Of a DNA stretch of 64,000 nucleotides, positions 29,375 through 39,728 are shown one piece after another. The notes under the pieces are model-generated. The model was not told where the DNA came from and did not search any database. It saw only the letters and a program-made list of their open reading frames with translations. Numbering within the stretch: position 1 is the stretch's first letter; every line of letters starts with the position of its first letter. This DNA is from an uncultured Acidobacteriota bacterium (lineage in GTDB: Bacteria; Acidobacteriota; UBA6911; RPQK01; CBDAPI01). The position numbers were made by a program, and so were the translations under genes. Location: positions 6,572 to 70,571 of the forward strand of contig CAZMGM010000003.1 in assembly GCA_964565865.1 (NCBI GenBank), written 5' to 3'.

Positions 29375-30289
29375 ATGCAGGCATTTGTGTTTCCAGGGCA
29401 GGGATCTCAGTTTCCAGGCATGGGAAAGGACTTCGTTCGTGATTTTCGGGAGGCCAGAGAAGTTTTCGAGGAGGCGGACGAGGCACTGGGATTCCCGCTG
29501 TCCCGGCTGTGCTTTGAAGGCCCGACTGAAGACCTGGCTCTCACCGAAAACACTCAGCCTGCAGTACTGGCAACCTCTCTAGCCATACTTCGGGTAGTGG
29601 AATCCATGGGAAAACGGGCTGACATTGTTGCCGGACACAGTCTGGGCGAATACAGCGCTATTGTTTGTGCAGGAGGTATGGGCTTCTCGGATGCCATGCG
29701 GGTGGTCCGCCTGCGAGGTCGTTTCATGCAGGAGGCAGTTCCGTTCGGCTTGGGAGCCATGGCCGCCATCCTGGGGCTTGGGGATGAGCAGGTGCGCGAG
29801 ATCTGCCGGGAAGCGGCGGAGGGGGAAACGCTTTCCCCAGCCAACTTTAATGCTCCCGGCCAGGTGGTGGTCTCTGGTCATACTGCAGCCGTCGATCGCG
29901 CCTGTAGATTGGCGCGAGAGAGGGGTGCGAAAAGGGTCTTGACTCTATCCGTCAGTGCCCCCTTTCATTGTGCGTTAATGGAGTCGGCCCGGGAACGTCT
30001 TGCACAGACTCTGCAGCCGGTTCGCTTCCGGGACTTGCAGGTGCCCTTGATCAACAATGCAGACGCATCACGGATCACGACGGCGACTGAGGTCAAGGCC
30101 AGTCTGATCCGGCAGGTTACAGCGCCAGTCCGCTGGAACGAGAGCATCCGGAAGCTCATCCGGTTGGGCGTGGAAAACGCCTTCGAGATAGGTCCGGGAA
30201 GGGTATTGACGGGTTTGATTCGAGGAATCGACCGATCCATCCGAACTGGTCCCGTAGGCACGATTGCACAGGTAGAACAGTATGTTTGA
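29375..30289 (+). CDS. fabD: Malonyl-CoA:ACP transacylase
   Basis: Starts FVFPGQGSQ and has the active-site motif GHSLGEYSA. Confidence 0.9.
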   Translation: MQAFVFPGQGSQFPGMGKDFVRDFREAREVFEEADEALGFPLSRLCFEGPTEDLALTENTQPAVLATSLAILRVVESMGKRADIVAGHSLGEYSAIVCAGGMGFSDAMRVVRLRGRFMQEAVPFGLGAMAAILGLGDEQVREICREAAEGETLSPANFNAPGQVVVSGHTAAVDRACRLARERGAKRVLTLSVSAPFHCALMESARERLAQTLQPVRFRDLQVPLINNADASRITTATEVKASLIRQVTAPVRWNESIRKLIRLGVENAFEIGPGRVLTGLIRGIDRSIRTGPVGTIAQVEQYV

Positions 30290-31025
30290 TTTTTCGGACA
30301 GGGTGGCCCTGGTAACGGGTGCATCACGGGGTATCGGCCTGCAGATCTGTCGCGATTTTTCCCTCGCCGGGGCCCGGGTTGTACTGGCCGCACGTAGCCT
30401 GAACGTAATACAGAAACAGTCGGAAGTGCTGCGGGCGGAGGGCAAGTCCGCCCTTGGCATCCAGCTCGACGTCAGGGACAAAGAGTCTATTAGGTCGGCG
30501 GTCGCGGAAGTGATCGAAAAAGAGGGGAAGATCGATATTCTCGTCAACAATGCTGGAGTGACCCGAGACGGCCTGCTTATACGTATGGGTGACCAGGACT
30601 GGGATGAGGTAATGGAGACCAACCTGCGAGGGAGCTTCCGACTGATTCGAGAACTCTTGCCTCACATGCTCAGAAGGCGGTATGGACGGATTGTCAATGT
30701 GTCTTCAGTGGTCGCCTTAACGGGAAATCCGGGTCAGGCGAACTACGTTGCAAGCAAGGCGGGATTAATCGGCCTTACCAAGTCACTGGCACGAGAGGTT
30801 GCCTCCCGACACATCACCGTAAATGCAATATCACCCGGGTTTGTCGCAACAGACATGACGGAGGCACTTTCGCGAAAGATCCGTGATCAGCTGGTTCAGG
30901 ATGTACCATTGCGCCGGCCCGGAAGCGTTACAGATGTGTCTCCAGGCGTCCTCTTCCTGGCGTCAGAAGAAGCTGGCTATATCACAGGCCATGTGCTAAA
31001 TATTAACGGGGGCTTATATATGTAG
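30282..31025 (+). CDS. fabG: 3-oxoacyl-ACP reductase (SDR)
   Basis: Cofactor-binding motif [12 protein letters not shown], and the catalytic YxxxK (YVASKAG). Confidence 0.9.
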   Translation: MFDFSDRVALVTGASRGIGLQICRDFSLAGARVVLAARSLNVIQKQSEVLRAEGKSALGIQLDVRDKESIRSAVAEVIEKEGKIDILVNNAGVTRDGLLIRMGDQDWDEVMETNLRGSFRLIRELLPHMLRRRYGRIVNVSSVVALTGNPGQANYVASKAGLIGLTKSLAREVASRHITVNAISPGFVATDMTEALSRKIRDQLVQDVPLRRPGSVTDVSPGVLFLASEEAGYITGHVLNINGGLYM

Positions 31026-31057
31026 CTTCCCATGTGGCCATTCAATATGGAGGAGCA

Positions 31058-31300
31058 ATGGCGGTTCAGGATTTAGAAGAAAAAGTTAAAGAAATCATAG
31101 TGGAGCAGCTGGGAGTGAAGTCGTCGGACGTTGCCGGCGATGCCAGTTTTGTGGACGATCTTGGAGCGGATTCTCTGGACACCGTGGAACTTGTCATGAA
31201 GTTTGAAGAAGACTTTGACATCGAGATTCCAGACGAGGATGCGGAGAAAATTCAGACCGTTCAAGATGCGATAAGCTATATCCAATCCCACCACACTTAA
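31058..31300 (+). CDS. acpP: Acyl carrier protein
   Basis: Phosphopantetheine attachment motif [14 protein letters not shown] ribosome-binding site before the ATG. Confidence 0.9.
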   Translation: MAVQDLEEKVKEIIVEQLGVKSSDVAGDASFVDDLGADSLDTVELVMKFEEDFDIEIPDEDAEKIQTVQDAISYIQSHHT

Positions 31301-31319
31301 ACTCCGGAGAAGCATTCAG

Positions 31320-32558
31320 TTGCGAAGAGTGGTCGTAACCGGAGTCGGCCTGGTCTGTGGTCTGGGCAATGACACGGACCCCACGTGGAAATCCATCCTC
31401 GAAGGGAAAAGCGGAGTCAGGCAGATTTCGCTTTTTGATCCGAGTAGCTTTGCCACTACGATAGCGTCCGAAGTCAAGAGCCTGGATCCCCTCCAGTTCG
31501 TCGATCGAAAACTGTCACGCAAGGTGGATCGATTTATCTTGCTCGCTATGGTCGGTTCAGATCGGGCTCTGGAGCATTCGGGACTGAAGATCGACCCCAG
31601 CAATGCAGATCGGGTCGGAGTCTATATCGGGTCCGGGATTGGTGGGTTTTCGACCATTGAGCGGGAGCACGAGAAGTTCGTGGAACGCGGTCCCAGAAGG
31701 ATTTCCCCTTTCTTCATTCCCGCGGCGATCGTGAATCTGGCGGCTGGCCAGGTATCCATCCGGGTCGGCGCTCGGGGACCGAACTTAGCTACTTGCACGG
31801 CCTGCTCCGCCGGAGCCCATGCCCTGGGAGAATCGATGAGAATCATCCAGAGGGGGGATGCAGATGCCATGATTGCCGGTGGTTCCGAAGCTGCTATCAC
31901 GCCGATGGGCGTGGGAGGCTTTGCGGCTATGCGGGCACTCTCAACCAGAAACGATGAGCCTGAGCGGGCCAGTCGGCCTTTCGATCGTGAGCGGGACGGT
32001 TTCGTGGTTGGCGAAGGCGCAGGTATTCTGGTTCTCGAGGAACTGGATTGTGCTCGTCGGAGAGGAGCTGATGTCATTGCAGAGCTGGTGGGTTATGGGA
32101 TGAGCGGCGATGCCCACCACATGACAGCACCTCCAGAAGACGGATCAGGTGCTCGTCGGGCCATGGAGGCCGCGGTCAACGACGCGGGCATCAACTGTTC
32201 CAGGGTGGACTATATCAACGCCCACGGCACCAGTACCCCCCAGAACGACCGCATAGAAACGCTGGCCATAAAGCGCTTTTTCGGATCACATGCCTCTAGC
32301 TTGGCGGTTAGCTCGACAAAGTCCATGACCGGCCATCTACTTGGCGCCGCCGGAGGTTTAGAGGGTGGTCTAACCTGTCTGGCGATTCGAGACCAGGTCC
32401 TGCCACCGACCATCAACTACGAAAACCCCGACCCTGAATGTGATCTTGATTACGTGCCCAACACACCCCGTGACGGCAGAATTACCTATGCTCTGTCCAA
32501 CTCGTTTGGCTTCGGCGGAACCAATGCTACGCTGGTTTTCAGACGATTCGAGAGCTAG
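31320..32558 (+). CDS. fabF: 3-oxoacyl-ACP synthase II
   Basis: KAS II active-site Cys in TACSAG, His residues in the HGTST and GHLLGAAG motifs. TTG start. Confidence 0.9.
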   Translation: MRRVVVTGVGLVCGLGNDTDPTWKSILEGKSGVRQISLFDPSSFATTIASEVKSLDPLQFVDRKLSRKVDRFILLAMVGSDRALEHSGLKIDPSNADRVGVYIGSGIGGFSTIEREHEKFVERGPRRISPFFIPAAIVNLAAGQVSIRVGARGPNLATCTACSAGAHALGESMRIIQRGDADAMIAGGSEAAITPMGVGGFAAMRALSTRNDEPERASRPFDRERDGFVVGEGAGILVLEELDCARRRGADVIAELVGYGMSGDAHHMTAPPEDGSGARRAMEAAVNDAGINCSRVDYINAHGTSTPQNDRIETLAIKRFFGSHASSLAVSSTKSMTGHLLGAAGGLEGGLTCLAIRDQVLPPTINYENPDPECDLDYVPNTPRDGRITYALSNSFGFGGTNATLVFRRFES

Positions 32559-32749
32559 CACCAGGTAGAAGGGGCCGCCGGGAGCCACGGGTTGCTGGGT
32601 CGTGATATGATTAGGTTTTGAATCGCCCATGAATACGAATCCCGCACTTTGCGCCACCTCGCGGGTGGCGGCCCCCTAGATCCCGATCACGAGTCCTTGC
32701 CTGCGGACCCGTCTTTCCCAGGACGGCCGCCAGTCCTGCTGGACACCAA

Positions 32750-35089
32750 ATGATCGAAAAAGAGCAGTCTCGCAGATTGAAGGCCCGCCCCTTGCGGCTG
32801 GAACAGTGGTGGAGTAGTTGGACGGAGGGATTGACTTTTCAACAGGTGCTCATCGGTGTCGGAACAGCCCTGATCATTGCCTTCGTGGTGCTGGGATATC
32901 GGTTCCGCCAGGTTCCGGACTACGAACTCGGGGAGATCGCGGACAGAGACATCGCTTCACCCCATGATTTTACGGTCATGGATGTCCCTGCCACTCAGCA
33001 GAAGCAGGATGAGAGCCTGGCTTCCGTACCGGCCGTTTTTGACCTGGACATTGGTATCAATAGCAGGTTGGAGGCGACTTTGCGCAGTGGCTTTGCAGAG
33101 GGTCGAAGAGCTACAGCCCAATTTCGCGAAGAGCTGGTAGTGCCGGAGGATGAGCCGCTTCCGGAACAGAGTCAGGACCAAATCGTCCAACAGTTGAAGC
33201 AGAGACTGCCTATCTTTGCGGAGCGGGACCCGGTCATCAATGTGCTTTTTGAGAACGGGTTTTCCCCTGAGCTCGAAAACCAGATGGTCAGTCTGCTGCA
33301 GATTGCGATGAAGTACCCGGGAGTGGTGGCTTCTCGTGATCTGCTCTTCATCTATCGCGATCGAAGCATCATCCTGGTCAACAAAGTGACTGGAAGAGAG
33401 GAGATTCTGAACGAGGCCTCGCAGGCTCGGGACTTGACCCAGGCACGCGATCTCCTGGGCCAGAATGAGTTTCAGCTCACAGCCGTCCAGGGGAACAGGA
33501 AGCTTCAGCTGATCGGCTTTCTGGCAGACCGCATCGAACCTACCGTCCGATTTAATGACGATGAGACCCGGGCCCGGGAGGAATTAGCGGCAGAGCAAGT
33601 TCCACCGGTCCTCATCCAGATTAAGAAGGGCCACAAGATCATTCGAGGCGGAGACCCGGTTGACGCCCAGAGCCTGATGATCCTGAAGGAATTGAAGAAG
33701 CAGGATCAGGCGACCCAGCCGGCCGACGAATTCGTTGGGATTCTACTCCTGGCATGCTTTTTCATGTTCGCCCTCTGGCGCTATCTTCTGAGCTACCACG
33801 AAAAGCCCCAGGAAGTTCCCAGCCACTTTCTACTGGCCTCCATAATCCTGGTTGCCCACCTCGGAATTGCCAAGATCCATGCACTCCTGGCCGAGTTCTT
33901 CACCCGAAACCTGACGATCAGCATCCTCCAGGATGCCTTCAACTTCTACTGGATCATCCCGGTGTCTTTCGGAGCTATCCTGCTCGTGTTGCTGGTGGGA
34001 GGCCAATTGGCGATCCTTTACTCGCTGCCCGTGTCGGTTTTTATTGGCCTTATGACCGGGGAGCTTTCCATCGCGATCTTTACACTAGTCTCGAGTCTGA
34101 CCGCCGTCTATGCGCTGAGACACTATCGAGAGAGGGCCGCGCTGGGGAGGGCAGCCCTCATTATCGGTTCCCTCAACATGCTCACTGTCCTGGCATTGCA
34201 GCTGCATGCCTCCTCCTTTCAGTGGAGTGTCTTTGGGGTACGGTCCTCGCTGGCCTTTCTAAGCGGGATTGGCTCCGCAATGCTGGCGGCGCTATTGCTC
34301 CCGATCCTGGAGAACTTGTTCCACATGACCACGGACATCCGCTTGCTGGAATTGTCCAACCTGAATAGCCCGATTTTGCGGCGGCTGGCTTTGGAAGCCC
34401 CGGGAACCTACCACCACAGTCTCAACGTCGGAGTCCTGGCGGAAGCCGCTGCTGAGGCAATTGGTGCCAATCCTCTGCTGGTCAGAGTGGGCGCTTATTA
34501 CCATGACATTGGAAAGCTTAGAAAACCCGAGTACTACGTCGAAAACCAGATCTACATGCCGAACAAGCACGAGAATCTGTCTCCCAGCATGTCGAGTCTC
34601 ATTCTTGCCAGTCACGTGAAGGACGGCAATCAAATGGCCAATGAAATAAGCCTGGCACCGGAAGTGGCCGCCCTTATTCCACAGCACCATGGAACTAAAC
34701 TGATGTCATTTTTCTACCAGAAGGCGAAACAGGCTGCTCAGAACAAACAGACGGAGGTCAGCGAGGAGGACTTCCGTTACCCGGGCCCTAAACCGCAAAC
34801 CAGAGAAGCCGCCATTTTGATGCTTGCTGACCAGGTGGAAGCGGCTTCACGTACGCTCCAGAAGCCGAACCCGGGCCAGGTTCGGAGCATGATTCGGCGC
34901 CTGATCCAGGGGACGATCCAGGACCGGCAGTTTGACGAATGCGACATCACCACCCGTGATCTCGACAGGATCACACGCTCCTTCGAAAGGGTCATCACCG
35001 GGATGTATCACCACAGGGTCGAGTACCCCGGTTTCGATTTCAACAACCGGGTTGAGCAAAAGTCATCGGAAAATCAACCTGTTCAATGA
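32750..35089 (+). CDS. 7TM-receptor / HD-domain phosphohydrolase (PgpH/YqfF family, putative c-di-AMP phosphodiesterase)
   Basis: Large N-terminal extracytoplasmic region, a 7-TM block, and a C-terminal HD domain (YYHDIGKL…HHGT). It sits upstream of ybeY-corC, as in phoH-yqfF-ybeY operons. Confidence 0.8.
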   Translation: MIEKEQSRRLKARPLRLEQWWSSWTEGLTFQQVLIGVGTALIIAFVVLGYRFRQVPDYELGEIADRDIASPHDFTVMDVPATQQKQDESLASVPAVFDLDIGINSRLEATLRSGFAEGRRATAQFREELVVPEDEPLPEQSQDQIVQQLKQRLPIFAERDPVINVLFENGFSPELENQMVSLLQIAMKYPGVVASRDLLFIYRDRSIILVNKVTGREEILNEASQARDLTQARDLLGQNEFQLTAVQGNRKLQLIGFLADRIEPTVRFNDDETRAREELAAEQVPPVLIQIKKGHKIIRGGDPVDAQSLMILKELKKQDQATQPADEFVGILLLACFFMFALWRYLLSYHEKPQEVPSHFLLASIILVAHLGIAKIHALLAEFFTRNLTISILQDAFNFYWIIPVSFGAILLVLLVGGQLAILYSLPVSVFIGLMTGELSIAIFTLVSSLTAVYALRHYRERAALGRAALIIGSLNMLTVLALQLHASSFQWSVFGVRSSLAFLSGIGSAMLAALLLPILENLFHMTTDIRLLELSNLNSPILRRLALEAPGTYHHSLNVGVLAEAAAEAIGANPLLVRVGAYYHDIGKLRKPEYYVENQIYMPNKHENLSPSMSSLILASHVKDGNQMANEISLAPEVAALIPQHHGTKLMSFFYQKAKQAAQNKQTEVSEEDFRYPGPKPQTREAAILMLADQVEAASRTLQKPNPGQVRSMIRRLIQGTIQDRQFDECDITTRDLDRITRSFERVITGMYHHRVEYPGFDFNNRVEQKSSENQPVQ

Positions 35090-35477
35090 ACAGGCCCTGG
35101 ATCTCGACACCAAATCTCTGGAGCGGTTTCTTTACAGAATGGTGGAGCATCTGGGAATTGTGTCGGAACTTTCGGTCAGGCTTGTGACGGATGACATCAT
35201 GAGGGACTTCAATCACCGTTACGCAGGTCGCGATGTTCCCACGGACGTGCTTGCCTTTCCCTCTGAACAAGATTGGCCCTCGGAAACTCCCTACGCCGGC
35301 GACATCCTCATCTCGGTAGAGACAGCCAGGCGTCAGAGCCAGGGGTTGCTCTTGAATGAAGTGAAGATCCTCAGCCTTCACGGGTTTCTCCACCTTCTGG
35401 GATACGAACACAAAAGCGAGAACGGGGAGATGGAGCGCTTGGAAAATTCGCTCAGAAAGGAGTTCTCACTGAGTTGA
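35052..35477 (+). CDS. ybeY: rRNA maturation endoribonuclease YbeY
   Basis: Metal-binding motif HGFLHLLGYEH. The start is uncertain (putative TTG at 35052) and overlaps the 3' end of pgpH. Confidence 0.8.
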   Translation: MSKSHRKINLFNEQALDLDTKSLERFLYRMVEHLGIVSELSVRLVTDDIMRDFNHRYAGRDVPTDVLAFPSEQDWPSETPYAGDILISVETARRQSQGLLLNEVKILSLHGFLHLLGYEHKSENGEMERLENSLRKEFSLS

Positions 35478-36757
35478 GCATTACTCTGATTCTGTTCGGC
35501 ACAGTGTCGCTGGCGTTCCTTTTCTGGCTGTCACTTTTGGAAAGCGCCGTTTCCAGGCTTTCTCAGGTTGCTTTGAGAGTGATGCTGGAAAAGGATCCGG
35601 ATCGGGAGGCATGGCTCCTGAAGGACCTGGTCCACGACCGGGCCCAATTTCTGCTTCCACTCCAGATCGCCATCCAGACGATAACGATTGTTGTTGCCAT
35701 TTTGATGGCCCGGCTGTTGCTCGACCTCCAGGTCGCCTACGCTGTACCCTGGGCGATTGTGTCGACTGTAGTGCTTCTGGGTCTGGTTCGCGCACTGGTC
35801 CCCCAAGGCATGACTCAGGAAAATCCGGAGCGGTACGTGCGGCGGCTTCTACCCCTGTGGAAGACGACCTATCAGTTCCTTGCGTTTTTTGCGTCTCCCA
35901 TTCTCTGGCTTTTGCGAGTTCGACAGGATCGGCTTGAAAAAGACCAGATTAGAAACGGCGACGAGACCTCCGAAGAAGAAATCCAGGCCTATCTGGATGT
36001 CGGGGAAGAAGCGGGTATTTTCGAGGAGCACGAGACTGAGCTCATTCAGAGCGCCCTGGAGTTTCAGGACACATTGGTTCGGGAAATCATGACGCCTCGT
36101 TCTCAGATTGTCTCGATTGCCGAATCTGAGACGATTTCCCAGTTGGCAGAGTTGATCGCGGGCAGCAAGTTCTCCCGGATTCCGGTATACCGGGAGACTG
36201 CGGATCAGATTGTGGGTGTTGTATACGTCCGCAACTTGGTCTCCGATCTTTCCAAGGGCAAGGTCTCTGATCCAATCACCCGACTTATCAAGGAGGTATG
36301 GTTCGTTCCTGAAACCAAGAACGTAAGAGAGCTGCTCCGGGAGATGCAGAGAGAGTCCCAGCCTCTAGCAATAGTAGTGAGCGAATACGGGGCCGTTTCC
36401 GGACTGGTATCGATCGAGGATCTGCTGGAAGAAATTGTGGGTGAGATCTACGACGAGGACGAGTCCCACGACGTAGCCCTTGTTGAGGAAGGGGAGGGGA
36501 ACTATCGAGTCCGGGGTCGAATGGAGCTATCGCACCTGGAAGCGGCACTCGGAATCGACCTGGGTGAAATCGATGCTACTACCGTCTCGGGCTTGGTGGT
36601 TGATCACCTGGGCCGCGTCCCTGCAATCGGCCAGGAGACAGAAGTCAACGGTCTTGCAGTAAAGATCCTGGAGGCCGATCGCAAACGAATCAAGCTCATG
36701 CAAATCCAGGTTTCGAGGCCCGAACAGAAGTCTAAGACCAAATTGTCTCCTTCATGA
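35474..36757 (+). CDS. CorC/HlyC-family (CNNM) transporter-associated protein with CBS pair
   Basis: DUF21 TM domain, tandem CBS domains and a CorC_HlyC C-terminal domain. 4-nt overlap with ybeY. Confidence 0.85.
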   Translation: MSITLILFGTVSLAFLFWLSLLESAVSRLSQVALRVMLEKDPDREAWLLKDLVHDRAQFLLPLQIAIQTITIVVAILMARLLLDLQVAYAVPWAIVSTVVLLGLVRALVPQGMTQENPERYVRRLLPLWKTTYQFLAFFASPILWLLRVRQDRLEKDQIRNGDETSEEEIQAYLDVGEEAGIFEEHETELIQSALEFQDTLVREIMTPRSQIVSIAESETISQLAELIAGSKFSRIPVYRETADQIVGVVYVRNLVSDLSKGKVSDPITRLIKEVWFVPETKNVRELLREMQRESQPLAIVVSEYGAVSGLVSIEDLLEEIVGEIYDEDESHDVALVEEGEGNYRVRGRMELSHLEAALGIDLGEIDATTVSGLVVDHLGRVPAIGQETEVNGLAVKILEADRKRIKLMQIQVSRPEQKSKTKLSPS

Positions 36758-36788
36758 GTACCCCGGTAGGTCTCTGCAACTGATCAGC

Positions 36789-37886
36789 ATGTCAGACTCT
36801 GATTTTAGAGCTGTGTCCCCTGAGCGTACTATGCTGCGGGCCCTGCGACTGGCCAAACGGGGAGCGGGCCACGCAAGTCCGAATCCGATGGTGGGAGCAG
36901 TCGTCGTTAAGAACGGTCAAATGGTGGGTGAGGGATATCATGTCTTTTCGCGCCGCCATCACGCCGAGAGCATTGCATTGCGGCAGGCCGGCGAGCTGGC
37001 GCGTGGAGCGGACCTGTTCGTTACCCTTGAGCCTTGCAGCCACACCGGCCGCACTTCTCCCTGTGTCGATGAAATCATTCAGGTCGGCGTAAAACGTGCG
37101 TTCATTGCAACTCGGGATCCCAACCCGGCTGTAAACGGGAAGGGGATTCAGCGTCTGAAGCGCGCGGGAATCGAAGTCTTCGAGGGTCTGTGCGAAGACA
37201 AAGCACATTGTTTAAATGAGGCCTTTTTTCATTGGGTCCGGACTGGAAGGCCGTTTGCCACACTCAAACTCGCACTCTCAATGGACGGCAGAATCGCTAC
37301 TCGTACCGGAGCCTCAAAGTGGATCACAGGTAAGAAGGCGCGCCGGCTAGTGCACCGGCTCCGCTACCGAAACGATGCCATTCTCGTTGGGGCCGGCACC
37401 GTGAGGGAGGACGATCCTTCCCTGGATGTTCGCTCGCCCCGGAAGAACCAGATCGTCAAGGTCATATTGGACAGTGAAATGGGAACGGATCCAGATGCCA
37501 GACTCTTCCGTTCGGGAGATCCCGTTTTGATTTTTCACTCTGCAGGGACAGTTGCTCCTCAGAGCTCCCAATTGGCCGGGCCGGCTCAACTGATAGGGGT
37601 TGACCGAGCTCGGGACGGACTGAATTGGGAGGCAATCCTGAACGAGCTGGGCGGGCGGGGGATAAACAGTCTGCTCATTGAAGGGGGTGGTCGGGTGGCA
37701 GCCTCAGCATTGGCGGCTGGAGTCCTGCATCGAATTCTTCTGTTCTACTCACCCAGGATCATCGGAGGGGACGGTGTGCCGGCATTTGCAGCCCCTGGTG
37801 CTGCAACCCTCCAGGAAGCCTGTCAGGTTCGCTTGTCGAAGATTCGAAGGGTGGGTGAAGACCTCCTGGTGGAAGCCCGCTTGTAA
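36789..37886 (+). CDS. ribD: Bifunctional riboflavin biosynthesis deaminase/reductase
   Basis: CMP/dCMP deaminase Zn motifs (HAE…PCSHTGRTSPC) and a C-terminal RibD reductase domain. Confidence 0.9.
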   Translation: MSDSDFRAVSPERTMLRALRLAKRGAGHASPNPMVGAVVVKNGQMVGEGYHVFSRRHHAESIALRQAGELARGADLFVTLEPCSHTGRTSPCVDEIIQVGVKRAFIATRDPNPAVNGKGIQRLKRAGIEVFEGLCEDKAHCLNEAFFHWVRTGRPFATLKLALSMDGRIATRTGASKWITGKKARRLVHRLRYRNDAILVGAGTVREDDPSLDVRSPRKNQIVKVILDSEMGTDPDARLFRSGDPVLIFHSAGTVAPQSSQLAGPAQLIGVDRARDGLNWEAILNELGGRGINSLLIEGGGRVAASALAAGVLHRILLFYSPRIIGGDGVPAFAAPGAATLQEACQVRLSKIRRVGEDLLVEARL

Positions 37887-37912
37887 AAAGGAGACGAAGT
37901 AGGGTGTGACTT

Positions 37913-38359
37913 TTATTCCACCAGCAGGGCATCTACCAGGGAGTCTGGGTTGGCGACGAAGAACTGCTTCCGGTCCACGCTGACGATTCCCGAATTCTAT
38001 ATGTTGCTCAAGACGCGGGTAGCGGTTTCCCGCAAGATGCCAGTCATGTCGGCCAGCTCCTTGTGGATCAGATTCAAGTTGATTCTGACCCCGCCGTCAA
38101 TCAAAGACATCTCTCCGGAAAACGAACCGGGCTCGTGGAAGGCCAGGAGCACTTCCTTACCGTTGGGGAGCAGGCGCTAAACTTTTACTCGCCCTTACTG
38201 GACGATGTACATGTAGTTTCCTGTGTCTTCTTCAAGGAAGACGCTTTCGTGCTTGACGTCCGCGCGCTCCCTGAATCGGGAAGAGACGATTGCCAGCTCG
38301 TCTTCGGTCAGGTCCTCAAAAAAGGTAATAGTTTGCAGGAAAGATGCTTCAACGGCCAT
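37913..38359 (-). pseudogene. Crp/Fnr-family transcriptional regulator remnant (3 in-frame stop codons plus an internal deletion)
   Basis: Hand translation of the minus strand: MAVEASFLQTITFFEDLTEDELAIVSSRFRERADVKHESVFLEEDTGNYMYIVQ*GRVKV*RLLPNGKEVLLAFHEPGSFSGEMSLIDGG|VRINLNLIHKELADMTGILRETATRVLSNI*NSGIVSVDRKQFFVANPDSLVDALLVE. The cNMP-binding beta-roll and HTH motifs are recognisable. TAA at 38195-97 and TAG at 38177-79 were verified codon by codon. About 70 aa are missing between the beta-roll and the HTH. Confidence 0.7.
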
Positions 38360-38939
38360 ACACTTCCGATTCCAGCAGTTCTTCGAGAGGATCCATTGAA
38401 TAACGTTTTTCCAGTTGTTTCAGCTCGTCGCGAAGCGGCTCCAGACTGGACGGTCCCGATTCTTCCACCTGGTCAATTAACGGTTCGGCGGAGAACGACC
38501 ACGCGAACTGCCCGGCACGCCTGGCACCTTTTCTGGCTAGGTAGTGGCCCAGGGCCCGAATCGCAGGGTAAAAGAAAAAGATATTGGGCCCGGGCAGCCA
38601 TGCCAGCGTTCCTCCCATGAGCGCCAGGGAAGCGTCTACGACAAACCAGATTGTATGCTTGCGATAGCCTACTCGAAGGTGTTCCCGCAGATCTTTCTCG
38701 ACCCGGTCGGAGTTCATGCCTCTTGCATGGAAGATCGAAAGACGATCAGCGTGGCGCAGATGCCCCAGCATTCGTTCCTGATAAGCAAAGTGCTGCCGCA
38801 AACGCCTATACCCATCGCGAAGCTTAGAGCGCAACCGGATCCACCACTGGTCCTCCAGTTCCAAAGGATCCGGGCGCTTGATTCGCTCCAGCGTGAAGTG
38901 GGTCTTTCCGTCTGGGTCGCGGAAGACGAGTAGGTTCAT
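38349..38939 (-). CDS. Hypothetical protein with a predicted TM segment
   Basis: 196-aa ORF with no recognised motif. Hydrophobic stretch IWFVVDASLALMGGTLAWLPGPNIFFFYPAI. Confidence 0.4.
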   Translation of the reverse strand: MNLLVFRDPDGKTHFTLERIKRPDPLELEDQWWIRLRSKLRDGYRRLRQHFAYQERMLGHLRHADRLSIFHARGMNSDRVEKDLREHLRVGYRKHTIWFVVDASLALMGGTLAWLPGPNIFFFYPAIRALGHYLARKGARRAGQFAWSFSAEPLIDQVEESGPSSLEPLRDELKQLEKRYSMDPLEELLESEVYGR

Positions 38940-39032
38940 CGGCTCTGCTCGTTGGAAAAACTTTGCCCCAGTTCCACCGGATGGCGACGGGGGCCGGCCC
39001 GCCGGCTGAGGATGCGAACTACATAGAGGGCT

Positions 39033-39680
39033 TCACCGATCCTCATTGGATTCCTTCCAGAGTTTCCGATATTGTCCCACCTGATTTGATGGACCGGACG
39101 AAGCACAGACGTCGGAAATCACAGCCAGTGAAGCGGCTCCCGCCGACCAAACATCTCGGGCCCGGATGAGGCGGATTCCTCCAATCGCTACAACTGGAAG
39201 CTGGCTCTTGCCTGCCAGTGTCCGGAAGGTTGGCAACCCCAGAACCGGCTCTGGAGACTGCTTGCTGGTTGTGGAAAAAACCGGTCCCAGGGACACATAG
39301 TCGAGGGCACTATCCCTGCAGGCGTGTTCGAATTGCCGGCAGTTGTGAGTAGAAAGGCCGATCAGGGCGTCTGTGCCCAGCAGAGATCTGGCTTCGTGGG
39401 GATCGATGTCTTCCTGACCCAGGTGAACTCCGTCGGCCCCGGCCGCCAGAGCCACGCCGGCGCGATCGTTGACAACGAGGCGGGCCCCAAACCGGTGACA
39501 TTCTCGAACGATGGGTCGAAGGGACTCCAGGAGACGGTCGTCGGTCATGGACTTTTCCCGGACCTGAACGAGCCGGGCTCCTCCTTGCAGGAACTTCCGG
39601 ATCAACGAAAAATGCCCGATGTGATTCACATAGGGGTGGGAAGAAATCGGATAGATGCAGGGAAGCTTTACAGCTGACAT
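39033..39680 (-). CDS. thiE: Thiamine-phosphate synthase
   Basis: TMP-TENI fold, LYPISS…QVREK…GADGVHLGQED…GPVFST. Confidence 0.85.
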   Translation of the reverse strand: MSAVKLPCIYPISSHPYVNHIGHFSLIRKFLQGGARLVQVREKSMTDDRLLESLRPIVRECHRFGARLVVNDRAGVALAAGADGVHLGQEDIDPHEARSLLGTDALIGLSTHNCRQFEHACRDSALDYVSLGPVFSTTSKQSPEPVLGLPTFRTLAGKSQLPVVAIGGIRLIRARDVWSAGAASLAVISDVCASSGPSNQVGQYRKLWKESNEDR

Positions 39681-39728
39681 TGCCTCACGACCAAGCCTTC
39701 GATGTAAACACAAGAACTGCTGATGGGA

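Noticed and set aside
32370-32657. 95-aa minus-strand ORF spanning the fabF 3' end and the downstream spacer
   Set aside because: It overlaps fabF antisense and has no motif. The spacer contains a GC hairpin (gcgccacctcgcgggtggcg) that is more likely a fabF terminator.
37950-38620. Plus-strand ORFs 37950..38180 and 38063..38620
   Set aside because: Antisense to the Crp/Fnr pseudogene and to the 38349..38939 gene. The minus strand here clearly encodes cNMP-binding and HTH motifs.
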